A stretch of 52,888 nucleotides of DNA, from assembly GCA_965205655.1 (NCBI GenBank), contig CBDBIJ010000081.1:1-52888 (forward strand). The letters are read 5' to 3'. The translations under genes and the position numbers were made by a program. This document shows, piece by piece, positions 28,138 to 37,505 of this stretch (its first letter is position 1; every line of letters starts with the position of its first letter). A model generated the notes under the pieces. The model was not told where the DNA came from and ran no database searches. It saw only the letters and a list, made by a program, of their open reading frames with translations. This stretch comes from Candidatus Latescibacterota bacterium (GTDB lineage: Bacteria > Latescibacterota > UBA2968 > UBA8231).

Positions 28138-28971
28138 ATGAAGCTCGGCGCCTCGACAATCCCGTTCCGGAGCGAACCACTCACCGAGACGACCCTGGCA
28201 AATTTCAGAGACGCCGGCATCGAGTCGCTGGAGCTGAGCGATTACCATCCGAATTTTTCATTCAACGACGTCGACTTCCGCGGCTTTCTGCAGCGATCGC
28301 TTCGCGACATGGAGTTCCATCTCAACTCCATCCACATCCACCTGACACACCGCGATCCGGCCTGCGATCTGGCCAGTCTCGAGCCGCGAGATCGGGCCAG
28401 GGCCCTCGCCGACCACAAACGAGCGGTGGACCTCGCCGCCGAGCTGGGGGGCTGCATTCTGGTAACTCATGATATCGCCATACCGGAGCCAGATGAAGAA
28501 GACGGTCCGGCCAGACGCGACGCTTTTGTGAACAATCTGGGAGAGCTTGCCAGGTACGCGGTCCCGGGAGGAGTGCGGATCGCGCTCGAAAACTCACCCG
28601 CAGGCTTTACCCGCGAGCCGGAGCGGCTGGTGGGGCTGATGCAGGATCTCGGGGCGCCGAATGTGGGGGTCGTCATCGATACCGGCCACCGTAATATGAT
28701 TGGCGATCCGGCCGCGACGCTGCGAATCGTGGGGAACCATCTGATTACCCTTCACCTGCACGACAACAATGGATCAAAAGACGAGCACCTGCTGCCGGGA
28801 CGGGGCAACATCGCTTGGGGCGAGGTGAGTCGGGCGCTGCGCGATGCCAACTACGGAGGAGTGTTCATGTACGAGATCAACCGTGCCGAGGATGTGTCGG
28901 AATTGCGGGAAAACGCGGCGTGGATTCACGAGTTCACGCTCTTTGATCCTCCTGCCGCTGCAGGAAGATGA
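28138..28971 (+). CDS. Sugar phosphate isomerase/epimerase (xylose isomerase-like TIM barrel)
   Basis: IALEN, IDTGH, LHLHDNNGSKDEHLLPGRG, MYE. Confidence 0.88.
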   Translation: MKLGASTIPFRSEPLTETTLANFRDAGIESLELSDYHPNFSFNDVDFRGFLQRSLRDMEFHLNSIHIHLTHRDPACDLASLEPRDRARALADHKRAVDLAAELGGCILVTHDIAIPEPDEEDGPARRDAFVNNLGELARYAVPGGVRIALENSPAGFTREPERLVGLMQDLGAPNVGVVIDTGHRNMIGDPAATLRIVGNHLITLHLHDNNGSKDEHLLPGRGNIAWGEVSRALRDANYGGVFMYEINRAEDVSELRENAAWIHEFTLFDPPAAAGR

Positions 28972-29851
28972 TGCCCAGGGCGATGATGGCGCCTCCGACC
29001 AGGGCCATGAGCAGATTGGAGGGTACTCGCAGTCCGAGACTCGGCTCGATGGCGTTGATGGCGACCTGCAGCGCTACGGTAAAGAAGGCGGCGGTGAGAA
29101 ACAGGACCGAGCACCGCGACGCTCCGATGTGCGGCATGGCGATGTTATACATCAACCAGGATACGCCGAGGAGCGCTGCCCTGACGATAAGGAGTGAAAA
29201 GACAAGCCATCCCACATTGTGCAGAAGCGAGAAGTCATAGTAGCGGTAGCACGGGACCAGAAAAAGCGCCCCGAGCAGCAAGCCGCTTCCGGTGACGAAC
29301 TGTCCGTCGCGACGATCTAACAGCGGTTTGAGCGTCACGATTCCCGCAGCCACAGCAAGGGCCGCCAGCACGGCCAGCAATTCACCGGGGCCAAATCGCA
29401 GCTGCCACACACTGGGGTCGAAGTTGATCAGGACGGCGCCCGCCAGGGCGAACAAACTCGCCATCCAGTGTCGCAACGACCAGTACTCTCCCAAGAACAC
29501 GACGGCCAAGGCAACGACGAAAACCGTCTCCAACCGACTGAGCATCGTGGCTTTGCCCGCTCCGATCGAATCGATCGCCGCGTAGAGCAGAAGAAACCCG
29601 ACGGCAAAAGCCATCAGCGCAGCGGCGGCGAGGCGGCCCCAATCTGCCCCGGGCCAACCGCGCCAGCAATCCGGACGTTTCACGACAGCCGGGACGAGCA
29701 GAATGATCCCGCCAGGGACACTCGAGAAAAAGACGATCTGCAAACTGGTAACGCCGTAGCGGCGAAGCATGATCTCGGACAATACGAGCCCTCCTGCTGC
29801 CGCGACGGCGGAGAAGAGAACGCACAGACTGTAGCGAGCCTTGGCCGTCAT
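28934..29851 (-). CDS. DMT/EamA family transporter
   Basis: About 10 hydrophobic segments. AIDSIGAGKATML..LAVVFLGE and a second repeat AMPHIGASR. Confidence 0.85.
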   Translation of the reverse strand: MTAKARYSLCVLFSAVAAAGGLVLSEIMLRRYGVTSLQIVFFSSVPGGIILLVPAVVKRPDCWRGWPGADWGRLAAAALMAFAVGFLLLYAAIDSIGAGKATMLSRLETVFVVALAVVFLGEYWSLRHWMASLFALAGAVLINFDPSVWQLRFGPGELLAVLAALAVAAGIVTLKPLLDRRDGQFVTGSGLLLGALFLVPCYRYYDFSLLHNVGWLVFSLLIVRAALLGVSWLMYNIAMPHIGASRCSVLFLTAAFFTVALQVAINAIEPSLGLRVPSNLLMALVGGAIIALGIIFLQRQEDQRA

Positions 29852-29866
29852 CGATGCGGCACCGTG

Positions 29867-30481
29867 CTAGCGGTCATCCAATGCCTGGGCGGCGGCGACC
29901 ACAACGGCCTGCATGGCTTTGCACTCGCTCTCGTTGTGCTGAAGCAGCTTCGTCCACTGGCCCTTGACCGTTCCCGTCAGCAATTCATAGGAGCCTTTGC
30001 GCTCCAGCATGGTCCGCACGGCTCGCAGTCGTTTGGCGGAGGACCGGTTGCCCAGTTGAGGGAAGCGATCACCGGGAATGAGCGACACCAGATCGGCGAG
30101 ATGCCATTCGCGCGGTTGGCGTTCGGGGTGACACCGTTCCACCCAACGTCCGCCGATTTCGCGGGCGTCGCGAAAGACATCAGCCCAATCGATGCCGGCG
30201 TGCTGCCTGAGGGAGATGAGCGCCTGGTCCGAGCAAATGACGAGGGCGCAGCTCTCGAGCCGACAACGGGCCCGCAGGTCGGCCGCTACGTCGGCGAACT
30301 CGGCGAAGGGCAGGCCCTTCTCGGCGGCAGCCGGCATCAGCGCACGATCACAGATGATCTGCGTGAGTTCGTCGTGCACGAGGATCCCGGCGAGCGAGGG
30401 AGGCTGATTCTGGAGCCCCTCGAAGGCGGCGTACACGGCGGTCTGCGCCTCGTGCGGGGACGCTACATCTTGTGTCACCAC
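29867..30481 (-). CDS. Hypothetical protein, possibly a degenerate RNase H-like/3'-5' exonuclease fold
   Basis: 'VYAAFEG' near the N-terminus and 'LLQHNESEC' near the C-terminus resemble Exo I/III motifs with acidic residues substituted. Start uncertain. Confidence 0.45.
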   Translation of the reverse strand: MVTQDVASPHEAQTAVYAAFEGLQNQPPSLAGILVHDELTQIICDRALMPAAAEKGLPFAEFADVAADLRARCRLESCALVICSDQALISLRQHAGIDWADVFRDAREIGGRWVERCHPERQPREWHLADLVSLIPGDRFPQLGNRSSAKRLRAVRTMLERKGSYELLTGTVKGQWTKLLQHNESECKAMQAVVVAAAQALDDR

Positions 30482-30875
30482 TCGCGAAGCGCACAAGACG
30501 GGGTCTGAGGCCGAGCGGACCTGGCCGAGCAGCAGGAGTGCTCCGGCCCACCGAGGTCGGCGGCAGGCATTCGGTTATCTTTGCGTCAGAGGGTCGGCGG
30601 TGGTCATGGGGCCCTCCTATCGTCATGAGTGCCTACTATAAGGGCTACAGACGAAGTCGGCGAGTCTAAACACCGATATATATATAGATTTGCGACACTG
30701 AGGCGTCGCAATCTCCGCTAGGCGGAAATCGCTGCGAACTTCGCATTTCGCCTGATTTTGCGACATCGGCGCGTCCCTTGTCGCCCGACAACCGGAATAG
30801 AGGACTGGCCAACCAGGTGGGACATACATCTAAGAGGTGCTCACGGCGCCGGCAGGGGTTCGAGGGAAGAGAGAC

Positions 30876-31436
30876 ATGATCTGGATTGCCCTCGTCATCC
30901 TCATAGGCGAGATCGTCATCTTCTTCAGGCTCATGCTCGGCTACCGGCAGAGAGCGAACCGCCTGTTCATCGCCCAGAACCCGGTCAAGCAGCGGATGGA
31001 GAAGCACCGGGAAAAGCTGCGGGAGCTGGCCAAGCAGATACGGGAAAATGCCGCCAACGGCATCGAGAAGCTCGAGATGACCATAGAGCAGCATACCGAG
31101 CAGTCCGGCTTCGCCGCCAACACGGTAGCAGAGCTGGATTCGGAGGCCCGCGAGGCGGAGGAGGAGGAGGAAGAGAATGGGGAGGGAGAGGAGGACATTG
31201 AGGAGGGGGAGGAAGGGCCTACCGGCGAGGGGATCATCGGTCGAACCGGGGGCGGAGTATATACGGTGGATCTCGACGCCGACCGGGTGAAGCCAATGGA
31301 ACTGGTGCAGTCGATTCGCCACGAGCTCGAGGATGTGTACGAGTACATAAACGGGATAGGCCGCGACATCACCATCATTCGGCACACGGCGTCCCGACTC
31401 GGCAAGGAAAAAGGCGACGGGGAGACCTCGTCATGA
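30876..31436 (+). CDS. Hypothetical N-terminally anchored coiled-coil protein with acidic stretch
   Basis: N-terminal TM (MIWIALVILIGEIVIFF), heptad-rich helix, poly-Glu tract. Confidence 0.7.
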   Translation: MIWIALVILIGEIVIFFRLMLGYRQRANRLFIAQNPVKQRMEKHREKLRELAKQIRENAANGIEKLEMTIEQHTEQSGFAANTVAELDSEAREAEEEEEENGEGEEDIEEGEEGPTGEGIIGRTGGGVYTVDLDADRVKPMELVQSIRHELEDVYEYINGIGRDITIIRHTASRLGKEKGDGETSS

Positions 31437-31783
31437 GCGAGAATCTCTTTGTACTCGGAGGCGCCGCCGTCGCCCTCCTCATCGCGATCGCGCGCGCGAG
31501 CACGGAAGTCAGGCTGGCCCGTATGCGCACGGAACTGATGTCCCTGCGCAACCAGGAGCGGGGGTTGGAAAATCAGATCGCGGAGATGGAAAATACGAGA
31601 AATCAGGTCCGCGAAGCGATGACTCGAGCGGAGGGACGCCAGACCTCGGTAGGGCACCTCCTGGAGTCGATCTACCTCGGCCTCAATCGGCTCCATGAGC
31701 ACCTTCGCGGGGTCGACCTGCCCGAGAATCCGCAGGCGGCGCTGGCTGCGAAAAAGACAGAAGAGGAGGAGGGAGAAGAGTAA
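31433..31783 (+). CDS. Hypothetical N-terminally anchored coiled-coil protein
   Basis: ATGA overlap with the previous gene. TM LFVLGGAAVALLIAIA, coiled coil, acidic tail. Confidence 0.7.
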   Translation: MSENLFVLGGAAVALLIAIARASTEVRLARMRTELMSLRNQERGLENQIAEMENTRNQVREAMTRAEGRQTSVGHLLESIYLGLNRLHEHLRGVDLPENPQAALAAKKTEEEEGEE

Positions 31784-31869
31784 CTCCAGACGTGCAGTTT
31801 GCACCATCCTGCCAAGTCGGGTACTTTTCCCAACTTCCCCAAGCCGGGGCGAAGGAAACCGGGGGCTGG

Positions 31870-32355
31870 ATGGCCAAGAAGAAAGCGGCGGCGAAAAAAA
31901 CGAGCTCGACCGCTCAAAAGAAGAGTTCGAGCGCCAAGAAAACCTCACCACGGTGGAAATGCCCCAAATGCGGGCGCAGTTTCGCCAAGAAGAATCAGTG
32001 GCACTCGTGCCAGACCGCTCCAGTAGACACCCACTTCAAGGACAAGGATCCGAACGTTCGCAAGATCTACGACTCCCTGGTAAAGGAGCTCGAGAAATTC
32101 GGCCGGTTTCGGGCCGATGCCGTCAAGTCGTCGATCAACCTCATCAACAAGTACCACTTCGGCAGCGTGACGGTGCAGGAGAAGGCGCTACGGCTCGGAT
32201 TCGTGTCCGACGAGAAGGCCAGAAGCGCCAGGATCGTCCAGACTCAGGAGCTTGGCCCGAATAGGGTAGGACATTCGGTCAAGCTCGAGTCTCCCGATGA
32301 CGTCGATGAGCAGCTGCTAGGCTGGCTCCACAGAGCGTACGAGCTGCAGGGCTGA
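31870..32355 (+). CDS. DUF5655-like protein with Lys-rich N-terminus and Zn-finger-like motif
   Basis: WKCPKCGRSFAKKNQWHSC and a C-terminal DDVDEQLLGWLHRAY. Confidence 0.75.
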   Translation: MAKKKAAAKKTSSTAQKKSSSAKKTSPRWKCPKCGRSFAKKNQWHSCQTAPVDTHFKDKDPNVRKIYDSLVKELEKFGRFRADAVKSSINLINKYHFGSVTVQEKALRLGFVSDEKARSARIVQTQELGPNRVGHSVKLESPDDVDEQLLGWLHRAYELQG

Positions 32356-32364
32356 TCCGGCGAC

Positions 32365-33741
32365 ATGGTGCCGGAGAGTCAGGGTGCCTCTGGCGACGAG
32401 GACGCCGCCGGCGCAGGGGCGGACCTGAAGAACGAATCGGAGCGCCTTCCCCGGGAAGTCCGCGAGCACGGCCAGCGCCGCCTGATTCAATACGTCGCGA
32501 CCGGGGCGATCGCCGGTCAGTTCAGCTATTCGAGCAGCCCCCTCTTTCTTCTCGCCCTGGGGGCCACACCCTTTCACATCGGCCTTCAGGCCACCGTCCA
32601 AAGCCTCGGTAGCCTCGCCAGGCTCGCCGGACTGCGAGCCATGCCGCATCTCGGCAAGGTGCGGACAGCTGGCGTGGGGGCGGCTGCTGGCGGGCATCGG
32701 TCCCCTTCTCCTCATTCCCGTCGCCCTCCTCGGCGACGACGGGTCGGCCACCGGTGTGTGGCTGGCTCTCGGATTTCTGGCGCTGCGCCACGTGTTCATG
32801 CAGGGTGGCGGGGCCGCCTGGTGGCCGCTGGTTCAGGACAGCACCGCCGGTTCATCCATCGCCTTGTTCATAACCCGACAACGCATGACCCAGCGCGCTG
32901 CGGCTCTCACCGTTCCCCTCGCGGCCGGCTGGTATCTCGGATCTCAACCGAGTGTCGCGAGGTTCGCCGTCCCTTTTGCGTTGATGGTCGTCCTGATGGT
33001 CGTGGGCAGCGTGCTGGTGCGCGGGGTGAGCGAGCGAGCGATGCTGCGATCGCAGCAGGGCTATTGGAAGAGACTCGCGGGCGCCCTCCAGGTGCCGCGA
33101 TCCGCCGCTTTTGCACCTGCTTCGGCGTATGTCAGCTCGCCTTCACGATGATGGTGCCCTTCTGGGTCGTGCTGCTGAGGGATCGTGGCATACCGGTGAA
33201 CTACTACGTGTGGATGATTTCGCTCAGTGCTCTTGGTGAGATTCTGACCCTCCGCCTGTGGGCAAGGCTCGTCGAGGCTCACGGCAGCCGTTCGGCACTG
33301 GCGAGCCTGGCGGTGGTGGGGTTGGCAGCGCCGGTGTGGTTCACTCTGCCAACCGGGCCAACCTCGCTGATCGTGTGGGCGTGCATGCTCTATTTCATCT
33401 GGGGTCTCCTGCAGGCGGGGTGGAGCTCGGGCGAGACGAAGGCGATGCTCGACGCCGTGCCCCGGCAGTATCAGGGTGAAGGCTTCGTGGTCATACAACT
33501 CGTGCTGGCTGTAGTCGGCGGTGTGGCCGGAGTCGCGGGCGGGGTCACATTCGAATGGGTCCGGAGACTGGAACCTCTGGAGTCCGGCACGGAGCCGGCC
33601 ATCATCTACCTGGCTGCGGTTCAGATGCTCCTGCTGGTGGGATGGGCTCTCAGTACGAGACTGGTTGGAAGCGCCGACCAGGCGCCTCTCACAGCGCTGC
33701 TGCGTCAGGCGGCGGTGCGGGCGGTGAGGCGGTCTCGGTAA
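32365..33741 (+). CDS. MFS transporter (compensating frameshifts at ~32670-32680 and ~33095)
   Basis: LFLLALGATPFHIGL, then AWWPLVQD in the alternative frame, then WARLVEAHGSR. About 12 TM segments when the frames are joined. Confidence 0.75.
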   Translation: MVPESQGASGDEDAAGAGADLKNESERLPREVREHGQRRLIQYVATGAIAGQFSYSSSPLFLLALGATPFHIGLQATVQSLGSLARLAGLRAMPHLGKVRTAGVGAAAGGHRSPSPHSRRPPRRRRVGHRCVAGSRISGAAPRVHAGWRGRLVAAGSGQHRRFIHRLVHNPTTHDPARCGSHRSPRGRLVSRISTECREVRRPFCVDGRPDGRGQRAGARGERASDAAIAAGLLEETRGRPPGAAIRRFCTCFGVCQLAFTMMVPFWVVLLRDRGIPVNYYVWMISLSALGEILTLRLWARLVEAHGSRSALASLAVVGLAAPVWFTLPTGPTSLIVWACMLYFIWGLLQAGWSSGETKAMLDAVPRQYQGEGFVVIQLVLAVVGGVAGVAGGVTFEWVRRLEPLESGTEPAIIYLAAVQMLLLVGWALSTRLVGSADQAPLTALLRQAAVRAVRRSR

Positions 33742-33851
33742 CGTTCGTCGTGGCGCGCGCCTCAACCTTGCGGGGGCAGGCGCGGTGTCCGTTACTCATC
33801 CAACCCGGTGATGATGTCGGTGAAAGAGCAACTTGACCAAAGGAGTTTTAG

Positions 33852-34529
33852 ATGACGGTCGTCCCACCTGAATTACTGGAAGGGCTCGGGCAGTTCGATT
33901 CGCCCACACTGTTCAACGCGCTCACAAAGATGAACGGCGAGCCGAACGAGGATTACACGGGTCATACGATCCGTTGCCTGCTGCCGGAGTTCGGTTCAAG
34001 CATCGGCTACGCTGTCACGGCGGAGGTGACGACGAACGACGCCGACTCGGCGGCCGTCGACTGGGACGGCTACTATGACGTCCTCGACGCTCGCGACGGG
34101 CCCACGATTGCCGTCATGAAGGACGTTGATTCCCGACCAGGACGCGGGGCGTCGTTCGGTGACGGCATGGCGACGGTCCACAAACAGCTCGGCGTGGTCG
34201 CGGCAATCGTCGACGGCACGGTGCGAGATCTGCCCGGCATTCGCAATGTCCCCCTGCCGATGTACGCCTGGGGTGTCGTCCCCGGCCACGGCCAGTTCAA
34301 CTTGACGCGATTCGAGGAGCCACTCACGGTGGGCCAGCTCCGAGTTCGTCCCGGAGACCTGTTGTTCGCCGACTCGGACGGGGTGGTGCGGATTCCGAAC
34401 GATCGGGCCGAGGATGTCCTGCGCTGCGCAAACGAGGTGCGGGAATTCGAATCGGAAGTCATCGGCTACTGCGCCTCAGACGAGTTTACCCTCGAAGAGA
34501 TGCGCCGGCGCAGGGCGCAGAGGAAGTAG
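33852..34529 (+). CDS. RraA/HMG aldolase family protein
   Basis: FDSPTLFNAL, GYAVTA, FGDGMA, IVDGTVRD, VRPGDLLFADSDGVVRIP. Confidence 0.88.
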   Translation: MTVVPPELLEGLGQFDSPTLFNALTKMNGEPNEDYTGHTIRCLLPEFGSSIGYAVTAEVTTNDADSAAVDWDGYYDVLDARDGPTIAVMKDVDSRPGRGASFGDGMATVHKQLGVVAAIVDGTVRDLPGIRNVPLPMYAWGVVPGHGQFNLTRFEEPLTVGQLRVRPGDLLFADSDGVVRIPNDRAEDVLRCANEVREFESEVIGYCASDEFTLEEMRRRRAQRK

Positions 34530-34532
34530 CCC

Positions 34533-34709
34533 GGGCCGGCGGCCACCGACGCCATGAAGAAGAAATACGTCAAGGAGTTCGACATCACCGGCAAGGCGAT
34601 GAAGGGGTGGGCGATGGTCTACAACAAGGGGCTCGATGACGACGGGCAGCTGAAGAAGTGGATCGATCGCTGTATCGAATTCGTGAAGACGCTACCGGCA
34701 AAAGGGTGA
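34533..34709 (+). pseudogene. C-terminal remnant of a TfoX/Sxy N-terminal-domain family gene
   Basis: GPAATDAMKKKYVKEFDITGKAMKGWAMV...LKKWIDRCIEFVKTLPAK matches the second half of TfoX_N proteins. The first half is absent. Below the ORF-track length cutoff. Confidence 0.65.
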
Positions 34710-34727
34710 TTGAGGTGATCCGTTCAC

Positions 34728-35429
34728 ATGCTGGATGATCCGGTATCACTGATCCTGGCCGTTACAGCCGCCTTTCTCGTGGGGCTCACGAAAACCGGCA
34801 TTCCCGGGATCGGAAATGCCGTCGTCTTGCTCATGGCGATGGCAATTCCGGGTAAGTACTCGGTGGGGTTGCTGTGCACGCTCCTGATCATCGGAGATGT
34901 CTTCGCGCTCAGGTACTACCGTCTCGATGGGAAGATCTGGCTCATCCTGAAGCTGTTGCCGTCCATGGCGGTCGGTGTGGCGGTCGGCGCCTACATGCTC
35001 GCGGCGCTGGACGAAGAGATATTCCGGCCGGCGCTAGGACTGCTGGTCGGAGCCTTGGTCCTGGTCGAGCTGCTGCGACGTCGCGGCGATTCCGACACCT
35101 TCGCGGGACATCCCATGCTCGCCAACGCCGCCGGACCCATCATGAGCATCTACCTGCTGATGATGGGGCTCAAGAAGCGGGAGTTTCTCGGCACCATCAC
35201 CTGGTATTACTTTACTTTCAACGCACTGAAGATTCCCGTTTTCATGTATATCGACGTTCTGCCCGTCGAACATTTTCGCTACACCGTCTGGCTCGCCGTC
35301 CCTGTGGCTATCGGCGCAATTACCGGGGCCATCATCTTCAATCACATACCGCAGAGGTTGTTCGATGTCCTTGTGCTGGTGTTGACGGCAGCCGGGGCGG
35401 CGTGGATCCTGGTCAGCTCGATCGTGTAA
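34728..35429 (+). CDS. Sulfite exporter TauE/SafE family protein
   Basis: FLVGLTKTGIPG, LLIIGDVFALRYY, ANAAGPIMSIYLL, FLGTITWYYFTFNALKIP. Confidence 0.87.
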   Translation: MLDDPVSLILAVTAAFLVGLTKTGIPGIGNAVVLLMAMAIPGKYSVGLLCTLLIIGDVFALRYYRLDGKIWLILKLLPSMAVGVAVGAYMLAALDEEIFRPALGLLVGALVLVELLRRRGDSDTFAGHPMLANAAGPIMSIYLLMMGLKKREFLGTITWYYFTFNALKIPVFMYIDVLPVEHFRYTVWLAVPVAIGAITGAIIFNHIPQRLFDVLVLVLTAAGAAWILVSSIV

Positions 35430-35450
35430 AAGGTGCAAATACCCCCTATT

Positions 35451-35613
35451 GAGCCCGTTGAAAAAAGCCCATTTGGACTGAGGCTGGCCCTTGCGGCCGA
35501 TCTCTGCGTTGCGCTCGCACGCTGCATTTCCCCTCAATGCAGCTTGCTCGCGCGCCTTGATCTCGGCCGCAATGACTCAGCCTCGCCTTCAAAGCGACTT
35601 CTTCAACGGGCTC
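35451..35613. mobile_element. 163-bp fold-back non-coding element (MITE/REPIN-like)
   Basis: Terminal IR GAGCCCGTTGAA / TTCAACGGGCTC. Nested IRs GAGGCTG/CAGCCTC, TTGCGGCCGA/TCGGCCGCAA, GCTGCATT/AATGCAGC. Confidence 0.75.
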
Positions 35614-35631
35614 TTCAACAGTTGGAAGTGA

Positions 35632-36429
35632 ATGATGATCCACTACAGCTTCATGATTATCAAACCGCCGTCAGAGCTGGAAGTCGAGCTGGCCGACCTC
35701 TTCCCCCTCCTCGAGGAATTGGGCTATGAGGGGGTTGAGCTCAACCTGAGACCGTCGCTGATCGAAGCGCTCGACGAGGTGGAAGAGCTGGCAAGTGCCA
35801 GCAATCTCCTCATTCCGTCGTTTCTCACAGGGGTGGTGTACAGCCGCGAAGTATGCCTGAGCTCGCCCCAACCGGCGGCGCGTCAAGCGGCAGTTTCAAA
35901 GCTCATCGAGTACTTGCCGATCGCCAAGCGCTTCGACGCCATTCTCGTGGTCGGCCTGCTGCAGGGGTTTCGCAGCGATGAACCGGATGAAGCGGTGGCG
36001 AACGAGCGAATCGTAGCGGCCCTCCGCGAGGTTGGGAGCGCTGCGGAGAAGGTGGGCGTCGACATCGTCGTCGAGCCGATCAACCACCTGCAGGTCGGCT
36101 TCAACAACTCCGTCGGGGAAGTGCTCGAGCTGGTTGCGGCAGCCGGCTCGCCCGCCCTTAGGCCGATGGTGGATACCATCCACATGAACATCGAGGACAC
36201 CTCGCTTTTGCAGCCGATCATCGACTGCGGCTCCAAGCTGCGCCACGTGCATCTGTGCGAGAGCAACGGGGCAGTACTCGGCACCGGTCGCATCGACTTC
36301 GCCTCCGTGCTTACGACGCTCGGCGAGGTCGGCTACGACGGGTTCGCCTCGGTGAAGGTGTACCGCAAGGCGGGCGTCGAACAGGCGGCGCGGTCGAGCA
36401 TGGAGTACCTGCGTGCGAATGAGAAATAA
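35632..36429 (+). CDS. Sugar phosphate isomerase/epimerase (ketose 3-epimerase/IolO-like)
   Basis: GYEGVEL, VVEPINH, VDTIHMNIED, HVHLCESN..LGTGRIDF. Confidence 0.85.
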   Translation: MMIHYSFMIIKPPSELEVELADLFPLLEELGYEGVELNLRPSLIEALDEVEELASASNLLIPSFLTGVVYSREVCLSSPQPAARQAAVSKLIEYLPIAKRFDAILVVGLLQGFRSDEPDEAVANERIVAALREVGSAAEKVGVDIVVEPINHLQVGFNNSVGEVLELVAAAGSPALRPMVDTIHMNIEDTSLLQPIIDCGSKLRHVHLCESNGAVLGTGRIDFASVLTTLGEVGYDGFASVKVYRKAGVEQAARSSMEYLRANEK

Positions 36430-36434
36430 AGGCA

Positions 36435-37502
36435 GTGAAAGATAATATGGTCACCAAGTCAGCCGATGAGCTGCTGCAACTGGTAAACCGTATCTTCGCA
36501 GCGGCCGGGGCGAGCGAGGCGCACGCCGCCGAAGTGTCGCAACACCTCCTTCAGGCGAGCTTGAGCGGCGTCGATACACACGGCATTTGGTTTGTGCGCC
36601 ACTACGTCGATAGTGTTCGCAACGGGGCAATCGATCCGGTGGCTGAACCCGCGATCCTGAAGGAGTCCGATACGAGCGTCATGGTGACCGGGAACTGGAC
36701 CTTTGGCCAGGTGGCGGCGCGGTTTACGCTCGAGAAAACGATGGAGAAGGCCAAGGAGAGGGGGATCGCCATCGGCGGCCTGGTCCAGGCCTACCACATC
36801 GGCCGTCTCGGACACTACACTGAGCTGGCCTCAGCCGAGGGACTCGTGGCCCTTGTCTGTCTCGGCGGCCAGGCGGTCAAGGAGGCTCACGCAGCACCAT
36901 TCGGTGGTCGGGAACGCGCGCTGCACACGAATCCGCTGGCGGCCGGCTTCCCAGGGGCAGGTGACGATCCGGCGATGATGTTCGATTTCGCCACCACCGC
37001 GGGCGCCGGCGCCAAGGTCGTTCAGGCGCGCGATCGCGGACAACAGGTGCAGGAATCGTTCATCATCGACAAAGACGGCAATCCGACAACGGATCCGAAT
37101 GACTTCTTCGAGGGTGGGGCCATTCTTCCCTTCGGCGGGCACAAGGGGTATGGCGTCATGACGCTTGTGGACTATCTGGGCTGGATCCTGCTGCGCTCCG
37201 ACAAATACGGTGTGGACGACCCCAAGCGCGTCTTCACGGCGTTTTCCGGCACCTGCATGATCGTCCTGAGAGCCGACCTGTTTCAGCCATTGCAGGAGGT
37301 CACCGCCATGGCCGACGAGTTTGCGGAGAGGCTGCGCTCGAGCGCCCCGGCACCGGGCGTCGATGAAGTGCTGGCGCCCGGCGACATGGAGGCGCGCGCC
37401 CGCCGCCAGCGCGGCCGCGACGGCATTCCGATCGAAGACGACGTGTGGCAGTGGATCGTCGAGGCGGCCGAGATGGTCGGGATTACCGATCTGGAGGCGT
37501 GA
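36435..37502 (+). CDS. Ldh_2 family dehydrogenase (malate/L-lactate/sulfolactate/ureidoglycolate type)
   Basis: GVDTHG, HIGRLGHY, HTNPLAAG, FDFATT, PFGGHKGYG. Confidence 0.92.
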   Translation: MKDNMVTKSADELLQLVNRIFAAAGASEAHAAEVSQHLLQASLSGVDTHGIWFVRHYVDSVRNGAIDPVAEPAILKESDTSVMVTGNWTFGQVAARFTLEKTMEKAKERGIAIGGLVQAYHIGRLGHYTELASAEGLVALVCLGGQAVKEAHAAPFGGRERALHTNPLAAGFPGAGDDPAMMFDFATTAGAGAKVVQARDRGQQVQESFIIDKDGNPTTDPNDFFEGGAILPFGGHKGYGVMTLVDYLGWILLRSDKYGVDDPKRVFTAFSGTCMIVLRADLFQPLQEVTAMADEFAERLRSSAPAPGVDEVLAPGDMEARARRQRGRDGIPIEDDVWQWIVEAAEMVGITDLEA

Positions 37503-37505
37503 TCG

